Shown: one piece after another, positions 43,979 through 52,291 of the stretch
Numbering within the stretch: the stretch's first letter is position 1
Layout: each line of letters begins with the position of its first letter
Assembly: GCA_964467655.1 (NCBI GenBank)
Contig: CAYXSN010000005.1
Location: forward strand, 16,920-80,919
Length of the DNA: 64,000 bases
Reading direction: 5' to 3'
DNA from: an uncultured Candidatus Saccharimonadales bacterium
Lineage (GTDB): Bacteria > Patescibacteriota > Saccharimonadia > UBA4664
Position numbers and translations under genes: made by a program
The notes under the pieces: model-generated
What the model was told of the DNA's origin: nothing
The model's input: only the letters and a program-made list of their open reading frames with translations
The model's database searches: none

Positions 43979-44419
43979 ATGACAACCATCAATCCGTACA
44001 TTAATTTCAACGGCAATGCCGAAGAAGCTTTTAATTTCTATAAGTCAGTGTTCGGCGGAGAGTTTGCGGGGGTTATTCGTTTTAAAGATATAGCCAGCGC
44101 AGAGTTCCCGGTATCCAAAAAAGAGGCAAACAAGATAATGCGCATTGTGCTCCCCATCGGTACGAACGTCTTGATTGCGAACGATGTACCTGAAGCCATG
44201 GGGCGAGTAGACGAAAACGAAAATAGATCCAAGATCGCAATTACGGCGGAAAGCAAGGCAGAGGCGGACAGGATTTTCAATAGTCTTTCAGAGGGTGGGA
44301 CCGTTGAGATGCCAATTGACGAAAGTCCCTGGGGCACCTACTTTGCTATGTTTCGAGATAAATATGGGATTGAATGGACGATAGAGTGTGACATCCCAGG
44401 AAGTATAAACAACAGCTAA
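43979..44419 (+). CDS. VOC/PhnB-like protein (second paralog)
   Basis: INPYINFNGNAEEAFNFY N-terminus, same family as 8101..8562. Confidence 0.55.
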   Translation: MTTINPYINFNGNAEEAFNFYKSVFGGEFAGVIRFKDIASAEFPVSKKEANKIMRIVLPIGTNVLIANDVPEAMGRVDENENRSKIAITAESKAEADRIFNSLSEGGTVEMPIDESPWGTYFAMFRDKYGIEWTIECDIPGSINNS

Positions 44420-44607
44420 CGACCCAAACCGGATCGTTATGAGCATAAGAACATTGGTACCGCTGGTCGTCAGATGGCTTTGTTACCTGCCTGCGACAAC
44501 AGTCTAAATAATCACATTTGAAGACCGTCGGCGCATATGGTATAGTCCGCCTGTCTCAATAGAGATTTCAGCCTGGCATAAGCCACCAACTATTCCGAGG
44601 TGACATC

Positions 44608-45531
44608 ATGCAAGACGCCACTACCGCCGCCGTTCGCGCGACCATCGAGCCCAGCGTTGCAGCCTACCTGTTCGGCAGCACCGGAGCCCTGGGGGTTGCT
44701 CTGACGGCCGCGTCGCGATCACTTCACATCCTGGCATCCACCGGGCAGAAGCTGGGCGACTTGCCATATTCAGACATGTCCCACCAGCTCCAGCTCGTGC
44801 GTTCCAGCGGCCTGCCATGCGTATGGGTCCCGGCACAGGGCTATGAGCTGGACGCCGACGAGCGCGACGCACGGTACCAGATGGACAGCCGGACACGATC
44901 TCCCAAGACGCCCGATCCGGCCGATCGAGCAGTCAGTGGCGGTCGCTCATACGCGAACACGTATCCGTTCTGGCTGCCCATCGCCGGGCAACCGGCCATC
45001 TTGGTCAGGAAGGACGATCTGGCTTATTGGAACTGGCCTCTGTATCTGGGCCTCAATGACCTCCCCGTCGGCCTGTTCGGCTTCAGCGTCAACGTGGCGC
45101 TCCAGACCGATACCGGCAATTGCGAGGTCGACTGCAACCAGATCGCCCAGGTCCTGGCCGCCATCGGCCTCGGCGACTACACCGGCGATCAGCTGGCCGC
45201 CCACATCGCTAGTGACGTCAACGACCTGCCGCCAGATTTCCGGCTCAGCGACCAGCACAGCTCTGCACGCGTTCACCTGAACGCTTGGGACGGCACTCGC
45301 CGTCCGCTCTGGGCGCGCGACATCAACAATAACCTCGTGCGCAACGGCTCGGTGCTGGTGCAACCAGCTGGTGCCACGGAGGAGTGGCGGCTGCCGCGCT
45401 TCTTGCGCTTCACGGTGAGTCGAACGCAAGACTCGTTCGGCTGGCCGCACGGCATCATCTACGAGCCCGAGGAGCGGGCCAGTCTGTACGCCGTCGCTGA
45501 CAGGATCGCAGCAGCATTCAACGCCAGCTGA
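44608..45531 (+). CDS. Hypothetical protein encoded in a ~65% GC segment (probable horizontally acquired gene)
   Basis: 307-aa ORF with strongly GC-biased third codon positions; local GC well above the ~50% window average; spurious long ORFs on other frames typical of high-GC DNA. Confidence 0.5.
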   Translation: MQDATTAAVRATIEPSVAAYLFGSTGALGVALTAASRSLHILASTGQKLGDLPYSDMSHQLQLVRSSGLPCVWVPAQGYELDADERDARYQMDSRTRSPKTPDPADRAVSGGRSYANTYPFWLPIAGQPAILVRKDDLAYWNWPLYLGLNDLPVGLFGFSVNVALQTDTGNCEVDCNQIAQVLAAIGLGDYTGDQLAAHIASDVNDLPPDFRLSDQHSSARVHLNAWDGTRRPLWARDINNNLVRNGSVLVQPAGATEEWRLPRFLRFTVSRTQDSFGWPHGIIYEPEERASLYAVADRIAAAFNAS

Positions 45532-45550
45532 GACGACCGGCTCATCGGCC

Positions 45551-45584
45551 GTCAGGGGCTTCCGGATGTCCGGAAGCCCCTGAC
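45551..45584 (+). terminator. Perfect 16-bp GC-rich hairpin (gtcaggggcttccgga-tg-tccggaagcccctgac) after the high-GC ORF
   Basis: Exact inverted repeat read from sequence; no T tract (style typical of high-GC genomes). Confidence 0.5.
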
Positions 45585-45633
45585 GCCTAAGGCTCTGATA
45601 TCATACCGATATGGCATCCACCACAAAGCAAAT

Positions 45634-45888
45634 CTACCGATAAACTTCCCGGCGATTGCCAATCTTAATAATTTCGACCACTAGTTGCTCATCTGTAATT
45701 GAGTATATAACCCGATAGTCGCCAATCCTGATCCGCCACGCTTCCACTCCGATCATTTTCTTCACACCATGAGGCCTAGGATCATGCGCTAGGGAATCAA
45801 TCAATTCCGAGACCTGCTTTCGAGCAGCAATAGGCAACTTGCGTAACTCCTTAGTGGCACTAGTCCGAAATATTACCGAATAAACCAT
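45634..45888 (-). CDS. relE: RelE/ParE family toxin
   Basis: 84 aa; ...IRIGDYRVIYSITDEQLVVEIIKIGNRREVYR C-terminus typical of RelE/ParE; 3-nt gap to upstream antitoxin. Confidence 0.7.
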   Translation of the reverse strand: MVYSVIFRTSATKELRKLPIAARKQVSELIDSLAHDPRPHGVKKMIGVEAWRIRIGDYRVIYSITDEQLVVEIIKIGNRREVYR

Positions 45889-45891
45889 CCG

Positions 45892-46146
45892 CTAAAGCAG
45901 CCCGTCTCGCACTAAATCGGCCTTGACTTTGTCCCACGCAAGCAACGGCTCAGCCTTGCGCTCCTCTACAGTCGCTGCATCCTCGGCATCTTCTAGAAGT
46001 TCAGCAAGTTGATCATTAATCAGCTCCGAGATGGATTTATTTTGCTCAACCGCTTCGTGTTGCAAATATTTTTTGACGTAAGGATTTAAATAAACAGTTG
46101 TTCGCTCTGTGAGGGTAGCCATAGTGCTCTCCTTAATTGATTTCAT
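45892..46146 (-). CDS. Antitoxin (ribbon-helix-helix/CopG-like) of RelE/ParE module
   Basis: 84 aa, acidic C-terminus, immediately upstream of relE on same strand. Confidence 0.55.
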   Translation of the reverse strand: MKSIKESTMATLTERTTVYLNPYVKKYLQHEAVEQNKSISELINDQLAELLEDAEDAATVEERKAEPLLAWDKVKADLVRDGLL

Positions 46147-46156
46147 TTTATCTTAA

Positions 46157-46180
46157 CAACGTCATAACGTCAAGACGTCG
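46157..46180. promoter_or_regulatory. TA operon operator-like repeats (aacgtcat aacgtcaagacgtcg)
   Basis: Direct/inverted ACGTC repeats just upstream of antitoxin start; near-copy present at 43218-43240. Confidence 0.35.
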
Positions 46181-46519
46181 TTAGAAGTGTCATCCGCGCC
46201 AACGGGTATATCAATGCTGGTTTGATAAGGTCTACCTATGAAATCGATAACTGTATGATGTAATCGATACTGGAGCACTCTCATGCCGGCTTCCTCAACT
46301 GCTTTTTACGTGAGGCTTCTTATCGTCGAAAAAAAACAGATGGATTGAAGCCAATACACCTGCCGCTTCCCGAAATGATTCGGAAGACTTCTTGCTGAGG
46401 CTGGATGACTCGGCGGTGTAGACCTCAACAAATATGTTCACAAGTCTTCGGAAAGATCAGCACTCGCGAAAAATAGTAATTATAGCTTTCATAGGATTAC
46501 CTATAAGCCAATGAGTCGG

Positions 46520-46556
46520 TGCTAGCCGAACCGGCGACGTTCGAGTCCTCCGGTGA
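46520..46556 (+). other. tRNA 3'-end-like fragment (GTTCGAGTCC T-loop-like box), possible att site remnant
   Basis: cgacGTTCGAGTCCtccggtgatca has canonical T-loop sequence but 5' T-stem/acceptor partner absent, so not a full tRNA. Confidence 0.25.
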
Positions 46557-46560
46557 TCAT

Positions 46561-46599
46561 ATTAAAATAACCCAACCGAGAGGTTGGGTTATTTTAATG
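46561..46599. repeat. Perfect 17-bp inverted repeat hairpin attaaaataacccaacc-gaga-ggttgggttattttaat
   Basis: Exact palindrome read from sequence, adjacent to tRNA-like fragment in a 560-bp non-coding gap. Confidence 0.5.
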
Positions 46600-46704
46600 G
46601 TACACCATAGTCACAGATGTTCGAACCAGAATTAGGGAAGAAAAACTAGGAGCACCGCTCAACAACCTATAGCCCACTAAGCTCCGGTATCCGATACTAG
46701 TGCT

Positions 46705-47421
46705 ATGGAACTATTCAATACCGGAGGTGACCGCAAAACATCACCCATGCAATTGCTGCGTCAAGGACGAGTGTGGCTTGGACTGTACGACTATGCTGTC
46801 AAAGACCGTGATGTGATTGCGGCACTCCCGGCCATTTATTGCTTATTTTCTGCTTTGGAACTTTACCTCAAAGCGTATATCGTCCTCATAGACACTGATT
46901 ACGCCGACACCACAAAACTCAGAAAACTTGAGCACAACTTCAGCAAGCTCTATGAGCAAATCCAAAGACTAGCACCGCCCAAATTGGCTGTGCTGATTAA
47001 AAAACAGCTCCATCATTACAAGCTTATGGGGCTAAAGCTCGACACGCTTAAATACCCCGAAAATCAAAACATTTGGTCCATTGACCACGGCCTTGTCGAA
47101 GGAAAGCATACCCTGAAGGATATATTCGATACCATCGAGGCAGAGATTGCCGAGCAGGAAGATGCTTGGATTAACACCGTCTACCCGAGAGAAATCCACA
47201 TCGGATTTATGTTTCAGACCGATTTTCAAGGAGACCCGCTGACGCTATCCAAGGATGAAAAGCATAAGCTTGCAAATACTTGCTCCAATTGCTTACCCCA
47301 GGGAGTCATCGTAACGCAAGAATACAATTTCCCTTGGCAACGGGAGCCCCAGCCACCCAAAACCTGCCTGATATGTGGGGAGTGGTTTATCCCCGACATT
47401 AATCATCGACCCTGGAGCTAG
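46705..47421 (+). CDS. Hypothetical protein, possibly HEPN-like
   Basis: Alpha-helical; LELYLKAYIV...KLRKLEHNF resembles HEPN R-x(3-4)-H region (weak). Confidence 0.3.
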   Translation: MELFNTGGDRKTSPMQLLRQGRVWLGLYDYAVKDRDVIAALPAIYCLFSALELYLKAYIVLIDTDYADTTKLRKLEHNFSKLYEQIQRLAPPKLAVLIKKQLHHYKLMGLKLDTLKYPENQNIWSIDHGLVEGKHTLKDIFDTIEAEIAEQEDAWINTVYPREIHIGFMFQTDFQGDPLTLSKDEKHKLANTCSNCLPQGVIVTQEYNFPWQREPQPPKTCLICGEWFIPDINHRPWS

Positions 47422-47447
47422 CCCACCCCACCACTCAGCTCACTATA
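47422..47447 (+). promoter_or_regulatory. Copy 1 of conserved 20-nt motif CCACCAnnnAGCTCACTAT (T7-promoter-like core)
   Basis: cccaccccaccactcAGCTCACTATa, 30 nt upstream of ATG 47477. Confidence 0.4.
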
Positions 47448-47476
47448 AATATCGAAACCAGGGTAGAATCGTAGGT

Positions 47477-48610
47477 ATGGCATCGAATAATGACGAAATA
47501 ACCGAAGCTGCGATGAAAGCCCTAGCGGTGGGCACGAGCGGCATTATCGGCATGAATGATCCAGTGGCCGGTGCGGCAATTGCCACCGGAGCGGAAGGTA
47601 TCACACTCGCCTTACAGGCAGCTGGGTCGGCCATTAATAACCTCAGAATCAACCGAGCAAAACGGTTAATCAAGCAAGCCGCCGAAAACGCCGGAAAAAG
47701 CCCAGAGGAGTTCTGGAGCCTCATATGTCAATCCGAAAAGCTGCTTGACCTAGCACTGGTTGCGCTTGAGGCCGGGTCAAAAACGGCTCTCAAGTCCAAA
47801 ATAGACCTGTACGCAAAAATCCTGGCGGGCGAGATCGATAGCCACGAAGACATGCTCGATGCGGTAAAAATCCGCTTTCTCACCCTGGCCCTCATTGAAA
47901 AACCACATCTGGAGATTCTACACGTTATCTCCAAGCCATCACCCAACATTACTCCTAAAGACGACGCTGACTTAGGCTGGGCAAACAATGACATCGCCAA
48001 GGCATTACCCAGTTACGAAATTGTCCTCCCGGCCCTCATTGAACCAATGCTTAGCAATGGTCTCGTTTGGAATAACGGCTTGGGCCGGTATGGCTACAAA
48101 CCATACTGGAAGCTAACTGAGTTAGGCAAAGACTGCTTGCAGCTGTTGTCAGGCGAGAAACCGGTACATCACGAACCAAGTAAACCCGGCACACCACAAG
48201 AGCCACATCAACCGCACTCCATAATTCAGCCCTTGGCAAAAAATGATTTTAATATCGTTAAGCTTGAAATCGTCGATAACAACGGCAGACCCATATCAAA
48301 ACCATTTCGCCTCAAGAATGGCCAAAACGTTTTTAGATGCATCGCAACCTACGCCGATGGCTCAACTGAACCCTATAGTCCCTATTGGACGTGTCCAATC
48401 ATCCTAAACCGGGGGAGGGAAGTCGATATCGACGTTTGGGGAACTTTTGACCAAATGAAACATGCCGAGGCTCCCATAACAGCCGGTGGCAACCATATGA
48501 AGTACACGAGCCTAAGCTGCTGGGTCTTTCCACCCATAAAGGAAACACCCACCGGCAATAGCGAGATTCCTCATGACGGCGTTGAATTTGACTATTCAGA
48601 GATACAATAA
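47477..48610 (+). CDS. Hypothetical protein (377 aa)
   Basis: Start at ATG 47477 (MASNND) directly downstream of motif copy 1; no recognised domain. Confidence 0.4.
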   Translation: MASNNDEITEAAMKALAVGTSGIIGMNDPVAGAAIATGAEGITLALQAAGSAINNLRINRAKRLIKQAAENAGKSPEEFWSLICQSEKLLDLALVALEAGSKTALKSKIDLYAKILAGEIDSHEDMLDAVKIRFLTLALIEKPHLEILHVISKPSPNITPKDDADLGWANNDIAKALPSYEIVLPALIEPMLSNGLVWNNGLGRYGYKPYWKLTELGKDCLQLLSGEKPVHHEPSKPGTPQEPHQPHSIIQPLAKNDFNIVKLEIVDNNGRPISKPFRLKNGQNVFRCIATYADGSTEPYSPYWTCPIILNRGREVDIDVWGTFDQMKHAEAPITAGGNHMKYTSLSCWVFPPIKETPTGNSEIPHDGVEFDYSEIQ

Positions 48611-48684
48611 GCTCATGGACTTGGAAATGTGGTAGAGGCACCGAAACCCGTCGGCTCGTAATGCGGACATTGCGGCCTGCTACC

Positions 48685-49017
48685 CTAGTCCTCAAACCAA
48701 TAGTGGTGCATCTGCCCCATGAACTCTTTTGTTATAGGAAACCCCGAAGCATCACCAATAACCGAATCAATTTCGCATGAGGGGCATAGCGCCGTTTTAC
48801 CATTATCAACCCAATCATCAATTTCATCCGGCGTAAAAATCTTGAGACAGTAAAAGCACCCGCACACCTTACTCGCACCAAGTTCAACACGGTGCTGCGA
48901 AGAATGTTCATGCGCTTTTACGATTTCCGGCGGCATTGATGCTTTGGCTCGCTCTAAAGCCGCAACAACCTCAGTCATTTCATCTTTTGGCTTGCCTTTA
49001 GGTCCAAATGGTCTCAT
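48685..49017 (-). CDS. Small Cys-rich (zinc-ribbon-like) protein
   Basis: CGCFYC...CPSC cysteine pairs, 110 aa. Confidence 0.4.
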   Translation of the reverse strand: MRPFGPKGKPKDEMTEVVAALERAKASMPPEIVKAHEHSSQHRVELGASKVCGCFYCLKIFTPDEIDDWVDNGKTALCPSCEIDSVIGDASGFPITKEFMGQMHHYWFED

Positions 49018-49045
49018 GGATATATGATATCAAATTGCCCACTAG

Positions 49046-49070
49046 CCAACCCACCACCCAGCTCACTATA
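49046..49070 (+). promoter_or_regulatory. Copy 2 of conserved motif CCACCAnnnAGCTCACTAT
   Basis: ccaacccaccacccAGCTCACTATa, 28 nt upstream of ATG 49098. Confidence 0.4.
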
Positions 49071-49097
49071 TCTGGCTAACCATGAGATAATTCAAGC

Positions 49098-49808
49098 ATG
49101 ACCAAACCTTACGGAATGAAAGCTGAGCTTAAAGATTACCCTTGGCGTGATTTGCGTGAAGAGCTGGACCTCAACGACATACACCTCAAAATCGAAAACG
49201 GCGCCCTAGAAGTCGGCTATGACCGAGAGGAAGATGAGGCAAAAGCTAAGGAGGTAGCCACGCTATATCTACAAACCCATAGTCTGCGTATGGGCTTTAA
49301 AGTCGCGGCCAACTTCAACCGTACATGGAAGCCAACCCCAGCTGGCGGAGTAGCCCATGCCATGGCACTTCAAAGCTCAGTAAAATTTAACGATCGCTTG
49401 CAGGCAACAATCCACCAAGCCACAATCTCCGGTCGTGCCCGTATCGTCAGCCAACAAATGGTAGACACCGCCAGTTTCACTAACGACACTCTCATGGTGC
49501 AAAAAGCTTTGAAAGACCCGGCGCTAAAGCAGGCTATAGCATATTTCGGTGACGAAGTAGCCGATGCCAGTAAGCCCCTCTACGGCGTATACAAAGCCAT
49601 CGAATCCATAACCAACCACCTTGGCAAACAGGGCCGTAAAAAGCTAGCCCAACTGGCTAGCCAGAGCGAATCATACATCTCCGACCTCATGGAGACCACA
49701 CAGTACAGCCGGCATGCAGTTACTCAAGCTCGCCAGCACCTAACCGAGAAGGAGTGCATTACGCGAGCAAAGACCCTAATTGAAGCTTATGCACGGACAA
49801 TTAGCTAG
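49098..49808 (+). CDS. Hypothetical protein (236 aa)
   Basis: ORF downstream of motif copy 2. Confidence 0.4.
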   Translation: MTKPYGMKAELKDYPWRDLREELDLNDIHLKIENGALEVGYDREEDEAKAKEVATLYLQTHSLRMGFKVAANFNRTWKPTPAGGVAHAMALQSSVKFNDRLQATIHQATISGRARIVSQQMVDTASFTNDTLMVQKALKDPALKQAIAYFGDEVADASKPLYGVYKAIESITNHLGKQGRKKLAQLASQSESYISDLMETTQYSRHAVTQARQHLTEKECITRAKTLIEAYARTIS

Positions 49809-49875
49809 CTTTGCTAACTACCAGAGGCATTAAGGGCATACTGGACGGAACAGACAACTGCAACCCGATTATTCA

Positions 49876-50487
49876 CTAGTTGGTTGTTGGTTCGCTCTCG
49901 GGCTTATCTAATGAGCTGAGAAGTTTGATGGTGGTGTATCTTTTTGGGGTTCCTGCCGCAACAAGTAATGTTAACCCGAGCCAAATAATTGCCAGTATCC
50001 ATCCGCCAACCGGGTCGAACCCGACATCAAATTTGGGGTTTCTAACGAATGCAGCAATTAATACAAGCAGTACCAGCGATATAACGACATTTCGCACGGC
50101 TTTAAACAGATAAACTCTTGGCTCTATATATTTTGGCGCCTCATCCCGGTAGACGTAAGCATCAAGCATCGTTTGATCGTAGTTTCTGTTCTTCAGATAT
50201 TCCTTAACAGCGAGATACCTTACTGATTGTTGCTTCATTCGCCCAACTGCCGAAAGAAATTCTGTATGAATATCATTTTGGTATCCGGCCAACCTAACGG
50301 CTACCTCATGAGATACCTCAAAGCGTTTTTCAAAATCTTTAGCCGTTAGCACTACCGCATGCTCAGATGACTTCGAAATTGGTCCGGGGGTTTCGTCACC
50401 TATATAAATCTCAGATGCATCCGAAAAGCCTATGTAAATTTCGCAGTAGACCTCAGCCGTCAAATCGATTGCGGTAAGCTTCTTCAT
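49876..50487 (-). CDS. Hypothetical protein with two C-terminal TM helices
   Basis: Start at internal ATG 50487 preceded by GGAGAG RBS; C-terminal hydrophobic helices. Confidence 0.4.
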   Translation of the reverse strand: MKKLTAIDLTAEVYCEIYIGFSDASEIYIGDETPGPISKSSEHAVVLTAKDFEKRFEVSHEVAVRLAGYQNDIHTEFLSAVGRMKQQSVRYLAVKEYLKNRNYDQTMLDAYVYRDEAPKYIEPRVYLFKAVRNVVISLVLLVLIAAFVRNPKFDVGFDPVGGWILAIIWLGLTLLVAAGTPKRYTTIKLLSSLDKPESEPTTN

Positions 50488-50533
50488 ACTGGATTCTCTC
50501 CTTGGTTCCATTGCCACTGCAGTAAAATCCTAT

Positions 50534-50893
50534 CTAGAAGACATCGTAAGGAGAAAGTATTACTCCGCCATCGCTATCGAGAACCTGCCATTTTTCCTTC
50601 TTCCGGAACAAAGTACGCTCAAGTTTAACCTTGCCTTCCAGGATTGATGCCAGACCCTTGAGCATCACCTGTTTGGGTTCGTCCTGATATATACAATTCT
50701 TATACTCGATATGGATAAAATCCCAATCTCCTTTTGGCAAATGAACGACGCTGACTTTTGCATCAAATTTATCATCGTGAATTACGACATCGCCAAAAAC
50801 CCTATCATTTGAGGAATGCTCGTTATATCTGTACTCGACGCCGCGATCCGATAACAACTGTTTTAATTCTTCGGGCATGTTATTTTCTTTCAT
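50534..50893 (-). CDS. Immunity-like small protein, paralog C of Rhs-associated array
   Basis: C-terminal LEGKVKLERTLFRKKEKWQVLDSDGG aligns with paralogs at 50890..51291 and 51909..52289. Confidence 0.45.
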   Translation of the reverse strand: MKENNMPEELKQLLSDRGVEYRYNEHSSNDRVFGDVVIHDDKFDAKVSVVHLPKGDWDFIHIEYKNCIYQDEPKQVMLKGLASILEGKVKLERTLFRKKEKWQVLDSDGGVILSPYDVF

Positions 50894-51291
50894 CGAGGCG
50901 AGAATTGCTCTAGCGCAGCGGCGGGCACTTTTCGACTTTCAGGATTTATGCGCTGCCAAACATCGAGTTCTTTTCCCGACTTATCGGTAAAAATATATTG
51001 TTTTTTCCTTGTGAGCGTCAGCTTCACGACATATTGTTTTTCGAGAAGCGCGCGGATTATCAACTCATAAATTTCATCAGGGTTATCTGGAAATTCATTT
51101 CCCCCAAATCCGATAGAGATAATCGACCAAGCGTCATTCTTTTTAAGCAGGTATATGTAGATTACGCGATGTTCATTTTTATTGTCTCTAATCGTTACCG
51201 TCAAACTCGTACTATCTACGCCTACGGATGGCTGCTCAATAGAGACGTCGTATTTGTCCTTAATTTGATCTAGTAATTGCGTTATGGTCAC
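50890..51291 (-). CDS. Immunity-like small protein, paralog B of Rhs-associated array
   Basis: GTG start at 51291 with GGAGGG RBS; C-terminal LEKQYVVKLTLTRKKQYIFTDKSGKE aligns with paralogs; upstream extension in track ORF rejected. Confidence 0.45.
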   Translation of the reverse strand: MTITQLLDQIKDKYDVSIEQPSVGVDSTSLTVTIRDNKNEHRVIYIYLLKKNDAWSIISIGFGGNEFPDNPDEIYELIIRALLEKQYVVKLTLTRKKQYIFTDKSGKELDVWQRINPESRKVPAAALEQFSPR

Positions 51292-51334
51292 TTTATTTTC
51301 CCTCCTACTAGGAAATCGAACGGTAAGGGCACAC

Positions 51335-51793
51335 TTAATAAAGCCTGTTTGCCCAGGACTGATTGAAGACGGCCTCCGTGGTCTCAGTTCTGCCCACATC
51401 CTCACCGATTTCTATTTCGGTCTGTTTATCCCATTGCTTTGGTAGCGAGCGAGTTTGGTTACCATCCGCCTTAAACACTGCCGCCCTAAGAATGTTGCCA
51501 TCAAGCTCTTCTGTTATCAGCTTCGCTGCTTTAGGATTACCCGTAACATATTCGTAGTACTTTAAGCCGCTATCAACCCTTTTTCTAAGCATTATCAGCT
51601 CAGTGGCAAAAAGAACTACTTCAAGAACTGTCCCCGCCGCATCGGTCGCCTTATATTCGGATTTTGGCTCAATGAAATGTTCCAGACCTCCTTCAAGATC
51701 GGCTAGGTCTTTATATGTTTCGGTTTTGCCGTCATGCCCGATGGTTATCGGGAGTTGGGGTTGGTAGTTTTGAGGGTTAACTATGATATGCAT
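51335..51793 (-). CDS. Small hypothetical protein in immunity gene array (distinct family)
   Basis: ATG with GGAGG RBS 7 nt upstream; 152 aa. Confidence 0.4.
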   Translation of the reverse strand: MHIIVNPQNYQPQLPITIGHDGKTETYKDLADLEGGLEHFIEPKSEYKATDAAGTVLEVVLFATELIMLRKRVDSGLKYYEYVTGNPKAAKLITEELDGNILRAAVFKADGNQTRSLPKQWDKQTEIEIGEDVGRTETTEAVFNQSWANRLY

Positions 51794-51908
51794 TTTAGAA
51801 CCTCCATGGTGACTGTAATCTCATATTCGGCCTACATTTGCATAATGTTCCGACCAATCTTACCCATGTATGGGGTCAACTCAAGTCACGCCCCACCAAG
51901 AAAGAGAC

Positions 51909-52289
51909 CTAATCTCGAGGCCAATATTCTTTTCCAGACTGGCCCGTCACAACATATTTTTTTTGACCAAAGCCAAACAATGTTTTTTTCTCGGCTATTT
52001 TCCCCGATAATATGCCATCGAGTGCTTCAAATAAGCTTTCTGGGCTTTCGTCGGTGTATTCTCCGTTGAGATATTTCACCGCAATCAATTGCGCGCCTAG
52101 GGAATTATTTTTATTCTCGACGAGTTCCACGACTACGACATTGTTCGAGTTACCTGGGCGAATCTCGATCTCCATAAAGCTTAGGTTGGGACTTTCTTTG
52201 CTCGCCGTTAAAGGCCGAGTTACCTCACATTGCCCTGAATATTTTTGAGCGAGTTCTTCAACCCTATTAACTGCATTTAATTTAGCCAT
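51909..52289 (-). CDS. Putative cognate immunity protein of Rhs toxin (paralog A)
   Basis: Starts 2-5 nt after Rhs stop with GGAGGAAGG RBS embedded in Rhs 3' end; C-terminal LSGKIAEKKTLFGFGQKKYVVTGQSGKE motif shared with paralogs B and C. Confidence 0.5.
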   Translation of the reverse strand: MAKLNAVNRVEELAQKYSGQCEVTRPLTASKESPNLSFMEIEIRPGNSNNVVVVELVENKNNSLGAQLIAVKYLNGEYTDESPESLFEALDGILSGKIAEKKTLFGFGQKKYVVTGQSGKEYWPRD

Positions 52290-52291
52290 TT

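Noticed and set aside
44621-45458. Multiple long ORFs on both strands (44621..44896 -, 44843..45280 +, 44947..45450 -, 45273..45458 -) overlapping the 44608..45531 gene
   Set aside because: Stop-codon scarcity in ~65% GC DNA creates spurious ORFs. Only the 44608 frame shows strong GC3 bias and an upstream AT-rich promoter-like region.
46520-46556. A complete tRNA gene
   Set aside because: A T-loop box (GTTCGAGTCC) is present, but the 5' T-stem, anticodon arm and acceptor 5' strand cannot be paired. It is treated only as a tRNA-end-like fragment.
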